Shown: one piece after another, positions 1 to 8,989 of the stretch | Numbering within the stretch: the stretch's first letter is position 1 | Layout: each line of letters begins with the position of its first letter | The notes under the pieces: model-generated | Seen by the model: only the letters and a program-made list of their open reading frames with translations | Databases searched by the model: none | What the model was told of the DNA's origin: nothing | Origin: an uncultured Gammaproteobacteria bacterium | Lineage (GTDB): Bacteria > Patescibacteriota > Patescibacteriia > Magasanikbacterales > UBA922 | Assembly: GCA_964597575.1 (NCBI GenBank) | Contig: CAZQXB010000001.1 | Span: forward strand, 466,111 to 530,110 | DNA: 64,000 nucleotides | Direction of reading: 5' to 3' | Program-made: the position numbers and the translations under genes

Positions 1-595
1 CTATGCTGTGCGTGAATTTGATTCAGCGAAAAAACTCTCGGAAGCTGACCTGAACATCCTTTTAGAGGCGGCTCGATTGGCCCCTTCTTCCTTTGGTCTT
101 CAGCCGTGGAAATTTGCGCTGGTCGAGAATAAAGAAAAACGCGAAGCCATTCAGGCTGCTGGTTGGAATCAGACACAAATTACAGGTGCCTCTCATCTTC
201 TCGTCGTTCTCGCAAAGGACGATATGGACACGGCATATATTGAAGCGTATGTGAAAGCAATTTCTGATACCCGTGGCGTTCCCGTCGAGATGCTCAAAGG
301 ATTCCAAGATATGATGGTGGGTTCGGTTGGTTCTCGGTCGGTAGAAGATAAAAAGAGCTGGATGGCTCGTCAGGCGTATATTCCGGTCGGTATGGTTCTC
401 GAAACTGCGGCCCTTCTTCATGTTGATGCGGTACCAATGGAAGGGTTTGATCAAGGTGTAGTAAAGCAGATTTTGAATATTGATGGGTTTACCCCCTATG
501 TTCTTATTTGCCTCGGATACCGGAGCGAAAACGATAAAGGTGCTGGATACAAAAAAGTTCGTATGAGTGCAGACGACGCTATTGTCCGCATGTAA
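1..595 (+). CDS. NAD(P)H nitroreductase (NfsB-like), 5'-partial at window edge
   Basis: Translation aligns with E. coli NfsB from about residue 14 (FDSAKKL..., [13 protein letters not shown]). The frame is open to position 2, so the N-terminus lies outside the window. Confidence 0.75.
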   Translation, partial: YAVREFDSAKKLSEADLNILLEAARLAPSSFGLQPWKFALVENKEKREAIQAAGWNQTQITGASHLLVVLAKDDMDTAYIEAYVKAISDTRGVPVEMLKGFQDMMVGSVGSRSVEDKKSWMARQAYIPVGMVLETAALLHVDAVPMEGFDQGVVKQILNIDGFTPYVLICLGYRSENDKGAGYKKVRMSADDAIVRM

Positions 596-606
596 TATTC
601 GTTCGT

Positions 607-1008
607 ATGAGTGCTCCTGTAGAGAAAACTGATGCTGAGTGGCAAAAAGAGCTAAGCCCTGAGGCGTATACCGTACTTCGGGAAAAGGGAACAGAGCGTC
701 CGTTTACGGGAAAGTATTGGAATACGAACGATCGGGGGATGTATACCTGTGCTGGATGCGGCAGTGAGTTATTTTCTTCAGATACCAAGTTTGATGCGGG
801 CTGCGGTTGGCCAAGTTTTTTCGCTCCCATTCATAATGAAAATGTAGAAACGCATACGGATACGACTCATGGTATGGTGCGCCAAGAAGTAGTCTGCCGC
901 CGTTGCGGCGGGCATTTAGGGCATGTTTTTCCCGATGGTCCAGAACCAACGGGAAGTCGTTTTTGCATCAATTCTGCGGCCCTCAATTTTCATAAGAAAG
1001 ATGTATAA
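607..1008 (+). CDS. msrB: peptide-methionine (R)-S-oxide reductase MsrB
   Basis: 133 aa with the SelR/MsrB motifs [15 protein letters not shown], [17 protein letters not shown]. Confidence 0.9.
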   Translation: MSAPVEKTDAEWQKELSPEAYTVLREKGTERPFTGKYWNTNDRGMYTCAGCGSELFSSDTKFDAGCGWPSFFAPIHNENVETHTDTTHGMVRQEVVCRRCGGHLGHVFPDGPEPTGSRFCINSAALNFHKKDV

Positions 1009-1011
1009 CCT

Positions 1012-1725
1012 ATGTCGCATACGATTCGACGAGCTCATGAACGTGGGTTAACGAAACTCGGATGGCTTGAAAGTCATCATTTGTTTAGTTTCGGTTCTTA
1101 CCGTGACGAAGAAAATGTGGGTTTTGGTGCGTTACGTGTCGTAAACGATGACACGGTAAAGGGCGGCATGGGGTTTGATAACCACACCCATGAAAACATG
1201 GAAATTATTTCTATCGTTTTATCGGGTGCGCTTGAGCATCGAGATAGCTTAGGTACGGCATCCGTGCTTCGTGCAGGAGATGTGCAGGTCATGACTGCTG
1301 GGGTTGGGGTAACTCATGCAGAACTCAACCATGATCATGATGAGTTAGTGCATTTTTTACAGATTTGGATTGAACCAAAAGAACAACAGCTTCCGTCAGC
1401 GTATGAAGAAAAACACTCTTCTTTTCTTGAAGAGCCAAACCGACTTCATATTCTAGCGTCTGGTTTTTCAGATGTTGGGGCCCTGCCAATTCAAAGCAAT
1501 GCTCGAGTTATGATGGCTTCGCTTGAGACAGGTGCGTCCGCCAGCTATACCGTGGATCACGATGGTAACGGGGTGATGGTCTATGTGGTAGAAGGAGAAG
1601 TAGAGGTTGCGGGCGAGGTTCTGAAACAAGGGGATAGTCTCCGTATTGCAGACCCTGCCGCGGTCGTAGCTGCGGCCACAACTGCCTCAAAGGTGCTTAT
1701 GATTGATGTGGCAATGGAACCCTAA
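1012..1725 (+). CDS. pirin family protein (cupin)
   Basis: Pirin N-terminal signature RGLTKLGWLESHHLFSFGSY...GFDNHTHENMEII; 237 aa. Confidence 0.8.
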   Translation: MSHTIRRAHERGLTKLGWLESHHLFSFGSYRDEENVGFGALRVVNDDTVKGGMGFDNHTHENMEIISIVLSGALEHRDSLGTASVLRAGDVQVMTAGVGVTHAELNHDHDELVHFLQIWIEPKEQQLPSAYEEKHSSFLEEPNRLHILASGFSDVGALPIQSNARVMMASLETGASASYTVDHDGNGVMVYVVEGEVEVAGEVLKQGDSLRIADPAAVVAAATTASKVLMIDVAMEP

Positions 1726-1734
1726 ATGTCGGAA

Positions 1735-2241
1735 TTAAATAGTCGTTGTTTGTGGGTTTGTGCCAGTGTGACTTATTTTTTCCTCGATTGTTTTTTGTAA
1801 ATACGAAAAAAATTCTGGTTCGGTCGAAAAGTGGGGGATATTAAATTTTTCGCATTCGATATCGATATTGCCTTTTCTCCAAAATCCTTCTGGGCAATGA
1901 ACAATCATTTTATGAGTTCGTGCAAAGAGGCCAAATTCCAAGAAAGAAATTGGCGATTTTGAGTCGCGGTCGAAATACATCACGATAACGTCTGCTACGC
2001 GAAGACCCTGAAGCTCCCACTCTACTTGGGCGCGAAATTCTTTATTTTCTGCCTGCTGGGGTGTCGTAAGATCCCAATCGTCACGACGCGGGTTTAAAAC
2101 GTTGATATCAAATTTCTTCAAGAACTCTACGACTTTGTCCTGCCATCGATTAGCGGTTCCCATATCAATACTGCCCGCTAAAAATACCGTTAATTTTTTT
2201 TCTGTATTTTCAAATGGGGTTGGAGGAAGAAAAACAGGCAT
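1735..2241 (-). CDS. nucleoside 2-deoxyribosyltransferase-like protein
   Basis: 168 aa with FLAGSI near the N-terminus and a C-terminal SPISFLEFGLFARTHKMIV that matches the NDT-family catalytic Glu pattern (SxGTxxExGxAxAxxK). Confidence 0.45.
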   Translation of the reverse strand: MPVFLPPTPFENTEKKLTVFLAGSIDMGTANRWQDKVVEFLKKFDINVLNPRRDDWDLTTPQQAENKEFRAQVEWELQGLRVADVIVMYFDRDSKSPISFLEFGLFARTHKMIVHCPEGFWRKGNIDIECEKFNIPHFSTEPEFFSYLQKTIEEKISHTGTNPQTTTI

Positions 2242-2293
2242 ACGATTTCATTCAAAAATCCTCCGATATGTGGTCGGAGGATTTTTGCTTTTG

Positions 2294-2794
2294 TTATTCA
2301 ACGGTCACTTCTACGTCATTGCTGTAGCTCGCACACTCTGCATCGCGGAGAATACACACGCGAATGTGATGCGTACCGCGTGGTACGTCGATCCACGTTC
2401 CTTCACGGCTTTTTTCATGTTGGCGCCACCAGTAGTTCTTGGTGTCATGAATTGGATTTGGTTTTTCTGAACGAACCAGCATAAACCCATCACTCACATC
2501 AGTGCCCTCTGCTACTTCCCAACGAAGTTTTGCCAAGCCTTTTCCGCCGCCTTCGGCTTCAAGAGTGATTGTTCCGTCTGCTACAGTGCTTCCGTCATCC
2601 ATCATAACATCATCCGATTCCGTATCTTCCATCATGGCACTGTCGTCCATCATAGAGCCGTCGTCAGCCGGTTTTGTCATGGCACTCCCAGGAGTTGGAT
2701 TCGGTGTGGAGTCGGTAGGGGTACAACCTGCTCCCACCAAAAGAATAGCTCCTAAAAGAATCGGCGTAAATCCAAGAGTCAAAATATTTTTCAT
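2294..2794 (-). CDS. hypothetical lipoprotein
   Basis: Signal peptide plus lipobox (LLVGAGC), followed by an acidic Met/Asp-rich linker and a C-terminal domain. Confidence 0.6.
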   Translation of the reverse strand: MKNILTLGFTPILLGAILLVGAGCTPTDSTPNPTPGSAMTKPADDGSMMDDSAMMEDTESDDVMMDDGSTVADGTITLEAEGGGKGLAKLRWEVAEGTDVSDGFMLVRSEKPNPIHDTKNYWWRQHEKSREGTWIDVPRGTHHIRVCILRDAECASYSNDVEVTVE

Positions 2795-2870
2795 AAAGTG
2801 GTACTCAAAATTAAAATACCGTATGAGTGCCTCCTATAGTAGCACAGTCAAAAAATCCTTGCCAAGCCAC

Positions 2871-4364
2871 TTATACACCCTCGCCTTCTTTGTGTTTTTT
2901 CAGTAATCGACCAAGATCAAGGGTTTCTGTAATTTTTATTCCTTTCATGAATTCCTCCATATGCGACACAATAATCATTGCGCCTTCGTAGTTATTGAGG
3001 GCTTCCGCGATAATAGGAAGGTGGCGGAAGTTAATGTGGTTTGATGGTTCATCCAAAATAAGGAGTGCTGGTTTTTGCAATACAAATCGTGCAAACGACA
3101 ACAGTCCTTTTTGCCCTTCAGAAAGCGAAGCCACCGTATTTTTCATGATGGAAGAATGAAGAAGGAATGAAGAGGCCGTCGCGTAAATTTCTTCTTTATC
3201 CGGAATGTCCATCATTTCAGCCAAAGCATCGTATGGAGTTTTATCCATATCAAGCCCAGAAAAATCCTGGCGATAATATCCTACACGAATACCAGGGAGG
3301 ATAGTGGCTCCAGGTTCTGTATTTTTAGCGAGGCGCTCAAGAAGGGTGGTTTTACCAATTCCGTTTGGTCCTTTAATGACGAGTCGGTGTCCGCGACGAA
3401 GGGCAATATCAACCGGGACATGAATGGGTTCGTGAGCATCGATAATCGTTACCGATTCTAAGCGAACCACCACATCGGTCGTATGCTCGTAGGGGATTGC
3501 AAAACCTTTAATTGGTTTGTCATCTTTCCGAACATCGACTTTATTTTCTTCTTGTTCTTCAAGTTCATCTTTTAACTTGGCCGCAAGTTTGCGCATCTTT
3601 CCTCCTTTGTGTGCAAAAAAGTTTACCTTTTCTTTTTTATCTAAGATTTCTTTTTCCAGCTGAGCATTTTTTCGCTCCTCTCGTTCAATCTGCGCTTTAA
3701 TCTGCTCAACCACATCCATGTAGTTACCCGCGTACTGCTCTAATTTTTTCTTACGAGCATCAAGGTAGAGGACGCTGTCGGTAAACGAGTTTAAAAATTC
3801 TGCATCATGGGAAATCACGATCACGGTTTTATCGTAGAGGATAAGAAACATCGTGAGGTGTTCAATTCCCGTTTGATCTAAATTATTTGTCGGCTCGTCG
3901 AGCAAAAGGACATCAGGTTTTTGGATGAGGGCATACGCCAGAAGAAGTCGTGCTTGTTGCCCGCCAGAAAGCGCTCGGATTTTTCGGTCGAGAGGGACAT
4001 CTAAATTAACGGTTTCGAAAACATCAGCAATGAGCTTGTCGAGGTTATACTTTTTTTCAGTGAAGGCGGTCGCAAAATATTCCTGAACGGTATGGTCAAG
4101 ATATTGTTTCGGTACGACTTGGGGTGCGATAGCAATGGTCGCGCCGTCACGAACGTGTACCTTGCCGCCGAGGGGTTTAATTTCCCCGGTCATGAGTTTA
4201 AACATGGTGGTTTTGCCAGCCCCGTTTTGCCCCATGATCGTGACTTTTGTGCCCTCGCGTACTGATCCATTGGCCTCTTCCAGTTGCAATTTTTCCTCAT
4301 CGTAGCCAAAAGAAGTGTTTTCAAACCGAACAATAACGTTATTAGAACTCATAAGAAGAAACAA
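2871..4364 (-). CDS. ABC-F family ATPase (two ABC cassettes, no transmembrane domain)
   Basis: Two Walker A motifs (GQNGAGKT, GPNGIGKT), two LSGGQ signatures and a charged linker; 497 aa. Confidence 0.85.
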   Translation of the reverse strand: MFLLMSSNNVIVRFENTSFGYDEEKLQLEEANGSVREGTKVTIMGQNGAGKTTMFKLMTGEIKPLGGKVHVRDGATIAIAPQVVPKQYLDHTVQEYFATAFTEKKYNLDKLIADVFETVNLDVPLDRKIRALSGGQQARLLLAYALIQKPDVLLLDEPTNNLDQTGIEHLTMFLILYDKTVIVISHDAEFLNSFTDSVLYLDARKKKLEQYAGNYMDVVEQIKAQIEREERKNAQLEKEILDKKEKVNFFAHKGGKMRKLAAKLKDELEEQEENKVDVRKDDKPIKGFAIPYEHTTDVVVRLESVTIIDAHEPIHVPVDIALRRGHRLVIKGPNGIGKTTLLERLAKNTEPGATILPGIRVGYYRQDFSGLDMDKTPYDALAEMMDIPDKEEIYATASSFLLHSSIMKNTVASLSEGQKGLLSFARFVLQKPALLILDEPSNHINFRHLPIIAEALNNYEGAMIIVSHMEEFMKGIKITETLDLGRLLKKHKEGEGV

Positions 4365-4373
4365 TTTTGCCTA

Positions 4374-4402
4374 AGTATAGCAGAGAAAATTTGGTGTGTC
4401 AA
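4374..4402 (-). promoter_or_regulatory. sigma70-type promoter TTGACA-N17-TATACT for the ABC-F gene
   Basis: Minus-strand TTGACAcaccaaattttctctgcTATACT, 10-30 nt upstream of the ATG at 4364. Confidence 0.55.
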
Positions 4403-4449
4403 TCTTGTGGCTCTATTCGATTGAGGTTTGTAATTTTTAGCCTAAAATG

Positions 4450-4594
4450 TGTAAGTTAAAGTGAAAAATAGCTACATTATTATAGAAAAAATGAAAGGTT
4501 GGATTACAAAAAATGGCTTAAATAAGCCATTTTTATGTTCAAATATTTTCATTTTCTCTTTATTTTTGTATACATTTTTTACTTTAACTTACAG
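4450..4594. mobile_element. 144-bp MITE-like palindromic element, copy 1 (orientation A)
   Basis: 13-bp TIR tgtaagttaaagt / actttaacttaca; internal hairpin aaaatggcttaaataagccatttt. Full reverse-complement copies at 5322-5466 and 7586-7730. Confidence 0.8.
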
Positions 4595-4715
4595 CATCGG
4601 ATGGACGGCAGATTCTTCAGATCGACATTGCTCTGCTCGACCCCCACATTGTTGTCTGAACTGAGACGCTGGACGCCAGTGAACGAATGCTGGCATCGCC
4701 AGCTGGAGTTAACAA

Positions 4716-4913
4716 CTAGAACTCGTAACTACATACAATCTCGTTGTCCGGGATCGAGCAATCACGCGTACTGCAACAATCCTCATATGACTCCTGTGGC
4801 GCATCAGACACTCTTGTCTTGGGGTTCGACACCACATGGATCGCCAACACAATCAAGCCAACGACAACAAATATACCGACGATAGCCGCCCTACGCGCAA
4901 TTTGCATACACAA
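4716..4913 (-). CDS. small hypothetical membrane protein (65 aa)
   Basis: N-terminal TM helix (AAIVGIFVVVGLIVLAIHVV) and a Cys-rich tail; sits in a GC-rich segment between MITE copies 1 and 2. Weak support. Confidence 0.25.
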   Translation of the reverse strand: MCMQIARRAAIVGIFVVVGLIVLAIHVVSNPKTRVSDAPQESYEDCCSTRDCSIPDNEIVCSYEF

Positions 4914-5321
4914 ACAATTTTGTGAGTATTATCAACAGTATATCACAAGTACAGCGAGGTGTATCTTGAGACCCTTTATGTCGATTATCAATGTTGCCCT
5001 TCTTGCGGGCCTCGCGTGCTCGGCACGCCATCCAGATCGCGAACACTCGGGACCTCATGCACGGAGCAGCGGCCGAGCGATAATCGCTGGCCTTCCTGCG
5101 CCGGATACGTTCGAGTCCGTCGCATATCTGCAGAGAATACCAACCACCGCCAACGGAGGCGAGTCAGGATCCTGCTCCGCTGTATTGATATCTCCCGACA
5201 CTCTACTAACATCTCGACACTGTGGTTGCACAAGAAGCACCACGGCAGCATCTCGTACTTGCGATTCCACTATCTGCACGCACTTCATGATTAACGGAGA
5301 ATTGCAGTCATGCAGAGTAGG

Positions 5322-5466
5322 TGTAAGTTAAAGTAAAAAATGTATACAAAAATAAAGAGAAAATGAAAATATTTGAACATAAAAATGGCTTATTTAAGCC
5401 ATTTTTTGTAATCTAACCTTTCATTTTTCCTATAATAATGTAGCTATTTTTCACTTTAACTTACAG
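5322..5466. mobile_element. 144-bp MITE-like element, copy 2 (orientation B, reverse complement of copy 1)
   Basis: Near-identical over its full length to the reverse complement of 4450-4594. Confidence 0.8.
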
Positions 5467-5553
5467 TATCCCCATCAGTTCGAGTGAGGACGACGTATCG
5501 AAATGTTTCCCGCTTGGAATCAAGAGGGAAGCCGAGGTCGACGTCAAGCGGCG

Positions 5554-5955
5554 TCATAGCTGTGGAGGCTGGTTTGGGAAAACTTCGACATCTACTATGT
5601 CTACGAAGCGAATGTTGGGAACGATGGAGGGATCTGATGAAACCTCTCTAAAGTCTGAATGAAGTGGGCCATCTTCTCCCCAAAAGCGGTACCAAGCCCG
5701 TGGAGCACCTGACACGGTGGCCATCCACTGGCCGTGTTCGCTGGTGAAGTGTAGTTTAGCTCCGGGGATGTGTACCAGGATGAGGTCCGGGGGAAGAGCG
5801 TCACCGTACGCTCCCATACCATCGGGTAGTTCCAGCGGCACAACGTGGGATACTTCGGGTACATTCTCCTCGTAACTCGATCGAACGAATCCAATGAGGC
5901 CCGACTGAGCACGGGTCCACGCGTCTTCGTCGTCCTTCGTCGTCCTTCGACTCAT
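5554..5955 (-). CDS. hypothetical protein (133 aa) translationally coupled to the upstream ORF
   Basis: ATG at 5955 overlaps the TGA stop of ORF 5952..6728 in an ATGA junction. N-terminus is encoded by the tandem repeat (cgaaggacga)x2 (RRTTKDDED). GC-rich. Confidence 0.4.
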   Translation of the reverse strand: MSRRTTKDDEDAWTRAQSGLIGFVRSSYEENVPEVSHVVPLELPDGMGAYGDALPPDLILVHIPGAKLHFTSEHGQWMATVSGAPRAWYRFWGEDGPLHSDFREVSSDPSIVPNIRFVDIVDVEVFPNQPPQL

Positions 5956-6728
5956 GGTCCTACCTCTGTCGGAATGGCTCCCAGCAAGTAGAATACAACC
6001 AGATCGGTCGAGTCTACGTTCAAGGAGGAGATGGAGGTCCACTGGACATACTTGGGCTCAATCGACGCCGCATGTGTATGAATTGCACGGTATCGCGCTT
6101 CTGTCGCGCCCTCAGACAGCGACACAGTTGCGAACGAATCAGTGTCGAAAGCGTCTGCATCAAGCCTCAGCATCGGGACAGTAAGAACGCTTGTGGACCT
6201 TGAGTTGACGGTGGTGTTCGAGACAACGACGCGAACGATGCCCGGGCCGTCAACGTCCAGCACAATAACGTCGCCGCGTGCGATGCCGTGATTGTTTGGA
6301 GGCAAGCGCCGAACGAGACTGTCCAGTCGAGAGGGTAGCTGCGCGGAAAGCAACGTTTGGCGACGACTAGTTAGTTCCCACCATAGTTCGTTGTTGGTGT
6401 GCGCGTATTCCTTGATATACTGACCTATCGACAATCTGTATATTCGCGCGCATTCGACAACCGCCGGTAGTTCCCCTGGCGAAGTCGGAGATGCATACAC
6501 GCAGAGTGGCCAAATTCGATCCACTATTCGGCGATCCATTGTTCCTATTCGACGCGTTTTCGTAGTACGCATGTTCGCTAGATTTGTTCGCGAGGCTGCG
6601 TCTGTCTCCGTAAGGGTAATGAATCGTTTGTAGTTGGAATGGTCGGGGGTGGAAGGAAATGTGACTGATGCGCCGTAGACGATGCCAGGTCTGATGTTCG
6701 TCATGTTCTTCCGGAAATAGAATACCAC
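5952..6728 (-). CDS. hypothetical protein (up to 258 aa)
   Basis: Long open frame in the GC-rich island with no recognisable family. Its stop overlaps the downstream start (ATGA). Confidence 0.4.
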   Translation of the reverse strand: MVFYFRKNMTNIRPGIVYGASVTFPSTPDHSNYKRFITLTETDAASRTNLANMRTTKTRRIGTMDRRIVDRIWPLCVYASPTSPGELPAVVECARIYRLSIGQYIKEYAHTNNELWWELTSRRQTLLSAQLPSRLDSLVRRLPPNNHGIARGDVIVLDVDGPGIVRVVVSNTTVNSRSTSVLTVPMLRLDADAFDTDSFATVSLSEGATEARYRAIHTHAASIEPKYVQWTSISSLNVDSTDLVVFYLLGAIPTEVGP

Positions 6729-6775
6729 CTCTCGTTCAGAAAGGTGGTGATGTTGCGGGGTTCGGGAAGTGTACT

Positions 6776-6958
6776 CTAGCCGTTCGGAGATTCTTCCTCC
6801 TCCAGTGCCTTGGCGAGTTCCTCCTCCGAGAGTTCAGGGATGCTCACGCCGCGTTGGAATGCCTCGACCAGAAGACGTCGAGCGCCCTTTGTCAGTCGTT
6901 CTTCCTGCGACTTCGTCAGGCCCGTCTTGGGATCGCGTTCTTCTTTGCCGTCGCTCAT
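6776..6958 (-). CDS. small acidic hypothetical protein (60 aa; MSDGKEERD...EEEESPNG)
   Basis: Internal Met of ORF 6776..7324. A consensus promoter TTGACA-N17-TATAGT lies on the minus strand at 7080-7108. The longer upstream extension is Arg/Pro-rich, typical of a spurious GC-rich frame. Confidence 0.35.
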   Translation of the reverse strand: MSDGKEERDPKTGLTKSQEERLTKGARRLLVEAFQRGVSIPELSEEELAKALEEEESPNG

Positions 6959-7079
6959 GAGTCCTCCAGGACCCAGGTCGCGCGACAACCTTGTGGAGTC
7001 CCGCAACCTGATTCGGTTGCGTAGGGCTCCAGTCTTCGTGCTGGACCGGTTGGCGGACCGAAGTCCGTTCCAACAGAAT

Positions 7080-7108
7080 ACTATACAATAGTTCAGTCCG
7101 GCTGTCAA
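7080..7108 (-). promoter_or_regulatory. sigma70-type promoter TTGACA-N17-TATAGT
   Basis: Minus-strand TTGACAgccggactgaactattgTATAGT, about 110 nt upstream of the small ORF at 6958. Confidence 0.4.
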
Positions 7109-7585
7109 CTCGGGGGTGTGGACAACTTTAACTGTTGACGAGCGGCCGGTGATGATCGATCCTGACCAACTGGCTTCAACTCCCTGCCGACGGCAGTGCG
7201 CTGGCCGGTGATGTCGTCGGTTCGACACGCCCGCAACTTCTTTCGCGCCCTTCGGCGGTTGTACTGTCGCGTCAAACGATGTGGCGGTCAATCGGCACTG
7301 ATAGGGATCGCCCTTCAGGGCCAAGGGTGCCCTACGGCGGCGGATCTTCGTCCCCGGTGGTCGTTATTTGTCGCTGTGCTCGACGCATCGGACGGGTCCA
7401 CCGTTGGCACCCGCCGCTGCGACGAACTGAAGCACCGGCTTGCGGGCGAGGTCGTTGAATCAGCAGGTGAGCTTCGCGTCGTTGCCCTTCGGACGGGTGG
7501 ACGCAACGGTTCGCCGGTCCTCCTCGCAGACTCGACGTTTCGAGCGACGCGAAGCGGGTTCGCTACTCACGGTGCGGTCGAGGCG

Positions 7586-7730
7586 TGTAAGTTAAAGTAA
7601 AAAATGTATACAAAAATAAAGAGAAAATGAAAATATTTGAACATAAAAATGGCTTATTTAAGCCATTTTTTGTAATCCAACCTTTCATTTTTTCTATAAT
7701 AATGTAGCTATTTTTCACTTTAACTTACAG
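7586..7730. mobile_element. 144-bp MITE-like element, copy 3 (orientation B)
   Basis: Identical in length and almost identical in sequence to copy 2. Confidence 0.8.
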
Positions 7731-8246
7731 TCATTTCCGGGTGGACGAGTTCCGTACGTACATGGCGATCTGAATCCACGTAACATCATGCTCACCCGTG
7801 AAAACGGCGTATGGGGCCCCGTCGTCATAGACTTTTGCCGCCTTACGCCTCGCGCAATCGTGTCAGCAGACTTTGCCCGACTTGAGGCCGGTATTGTTGT
7901 GAAGTGCCTTCGCGCATTCCTTGACACCGCGGGGCAGGACCCGCAACGTCATGAAGAATTCATGATGTTCGAGAACTTGCTAAATGGCGCCATGCCGATA
8001 CCGGCCGCGGTTGACAACATCTCCGTAAATCTACGAAAAATTGTAACCGTCGTTGGCGCTATTCGGCGTACGTTTCTTCGTATCGCTGGCCTGCCTCCGC
8101 AGGACGATAGTAGGTTTTACTTTGCCACGTTGATGCTCTCGTATCTCGGCTACTTGCGTCCACATCAGATAGCACGTTTCTCAGCCGCGCAACGAAATGC
8201 AGCTCTGTACTTGAGCGCCAACATCTGGAGAAAGCACCTAAAATAG
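7731..8246 (+). pseudogene. C-terminal fragment of a kinase-fold phosphotransferase (APH/CotS/Kdo-kinase-like), truncated at MITE copy 3
   Basis: Frame beginning exactly at the element boundary encodes SFPGGRVPYVHGDLNPRNIML...VVIDFCRL, i.e. a kinase catalytic loop and DFG-like motif. No N-lobe upstream, and an in-frame stop lies inside the MITE. Confidence 0.45.
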
Positions 8247-8323
8247 CTGCCGTCCCCTTGCCTTGACTTGCCTACCTGGACGATGGTACAGTGGTGCCAT
8301 TGGTGGGGTGACCAAGATTCTCT

Positions 8324-8989
8324 ATGCATTTCAATGAACGCTCATGGTCGCCTCGTGCGTCTCGTCGCACGATTGGTGCTTACAATCGTATCGCCCATCG
8401 TTACGCAAACTTGTGGTTTGACGATCCGATCATGGAGCCGTCTCTTTGTCAGTTCCTGGACAACATACATCAGGCAGGCCCTGTGTTGGATGTTGGATGC
8501 GGACCTGGTCGAGATGTCGGGTTTATGCAGTCCCGTGGTTACATCGCCGTCGGAATCGACGCATCCACGAAAATGGTGGCCGAAGCCAGGCGTCGCGTGA
8601 GTTCCGCTAGGTTTGAGCACATGGACATGCGCAAACTACGATTTCCAGATTCCACCTTCGCTGGAGTTTGGGCTTGTGCATCAATTCTGCACCTCGACAG
8701 CAATGATCTGAATATAGCCTTTAGCGAATTCTATCGAATACTGAAGCCTGATGGCGTAGTTTTTGTGGTAGTCAAACATGGCGTTGGCGCCATGGTCGAC
8801 GACAATGGACGGTATTTTCGACTATTCACTCCTCCGGAGATTGAGCTTCTTTTGGATGCTTCCGGTTTTAGTGTGCTTACTTGGAGCATTGAAAAAGGTC
8901 GGCCAAGACCTGGGATCGAGCAGACGTGGATTCATGCCATAGGCGTGAAAGGCTCGATCCAAAACTCATGTAGTCTTCTCTCAAGATGA
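8324..8989 (+). CDS. class I SAM-dependent methyltransferase
   Basis: Motif I VLDVGCGPGRD, a post-I acidic residue, and LKPDGVVFVVV; 221 aa. Confidence 0.8.
   Translation: MHFNERSWSPRASRRTIGAYNRIAHRYANLWFDDPIMEPSLCQFLDNIHQAGPVLDVGCGPGRDVGFMQSRGYIAVGIDASTKMVAEARRRVSSARFEHMDMRKLRFPDSTFAGVWACASILHLDSNDLNIAFSEFYRILKPDGVVFVVVKHGVGAMVDDNGRYFRLFTPPEIELLLDASGFSVLTWSIEKGRPRPGIEQTWIHAIGVKGSIQNSCSLLSR

Noticed and set aside
62-454. 130-aa minus-strand ORF inside the nitroreductase gene
   Set aside because: Antisense to a well-supported CDS, with no motifs. One of many shadow ORFs of this kind in the track, such as 704-949, 1098-1292, 3512-3700, 10092-10520 and 17221-17577.
4744-5331. 195-aa plus-strand ORF with a trypsin-like segment (LISPDTLLTSRHCG) ending inside MITE copy 2
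   Set aside because: The motif does not satisfy the serine-protease His-site pattern ([LIVM]-[ST]-A-[STAG]-H-C). The ORF is Ser/Thr/Arg-rich, typical of a spurious GC-rich frame. Removing the element does not extend the frame; a stop follows within 7 codons.
5554-6728. Single pseudogene disrupted by a 10-bp tandem duplication
   Set aside because: The upstream frame's stop (TGA at about 5949-5951, reverse complement) precedes the repeat and overlaps the downstream ATG (ATGA). The two ORFs are therefore better read as a coupled gene pair.
7196-7600. 134-aa plus-strand ORF as the missing kinase N-lobe
   Set aside because: It is in a different frame from the kinase fragment and lacks the VAIK/Glu motifs. 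Its Arg/Gly-rich composition suggests a spurious GC-rich ORF.
5323-7730. Hypothesis that the 144-bp GTAAGT...CAG elements are functional introns (introner-like) splitting the kinase and upstream genes
   Set aside because: In-silico excision of 5323-5466 and 7587-7730 does not join open frames, as tested in all phases. The genomic context is bacterial, with no spliceosome. Kept only as a curiosity.
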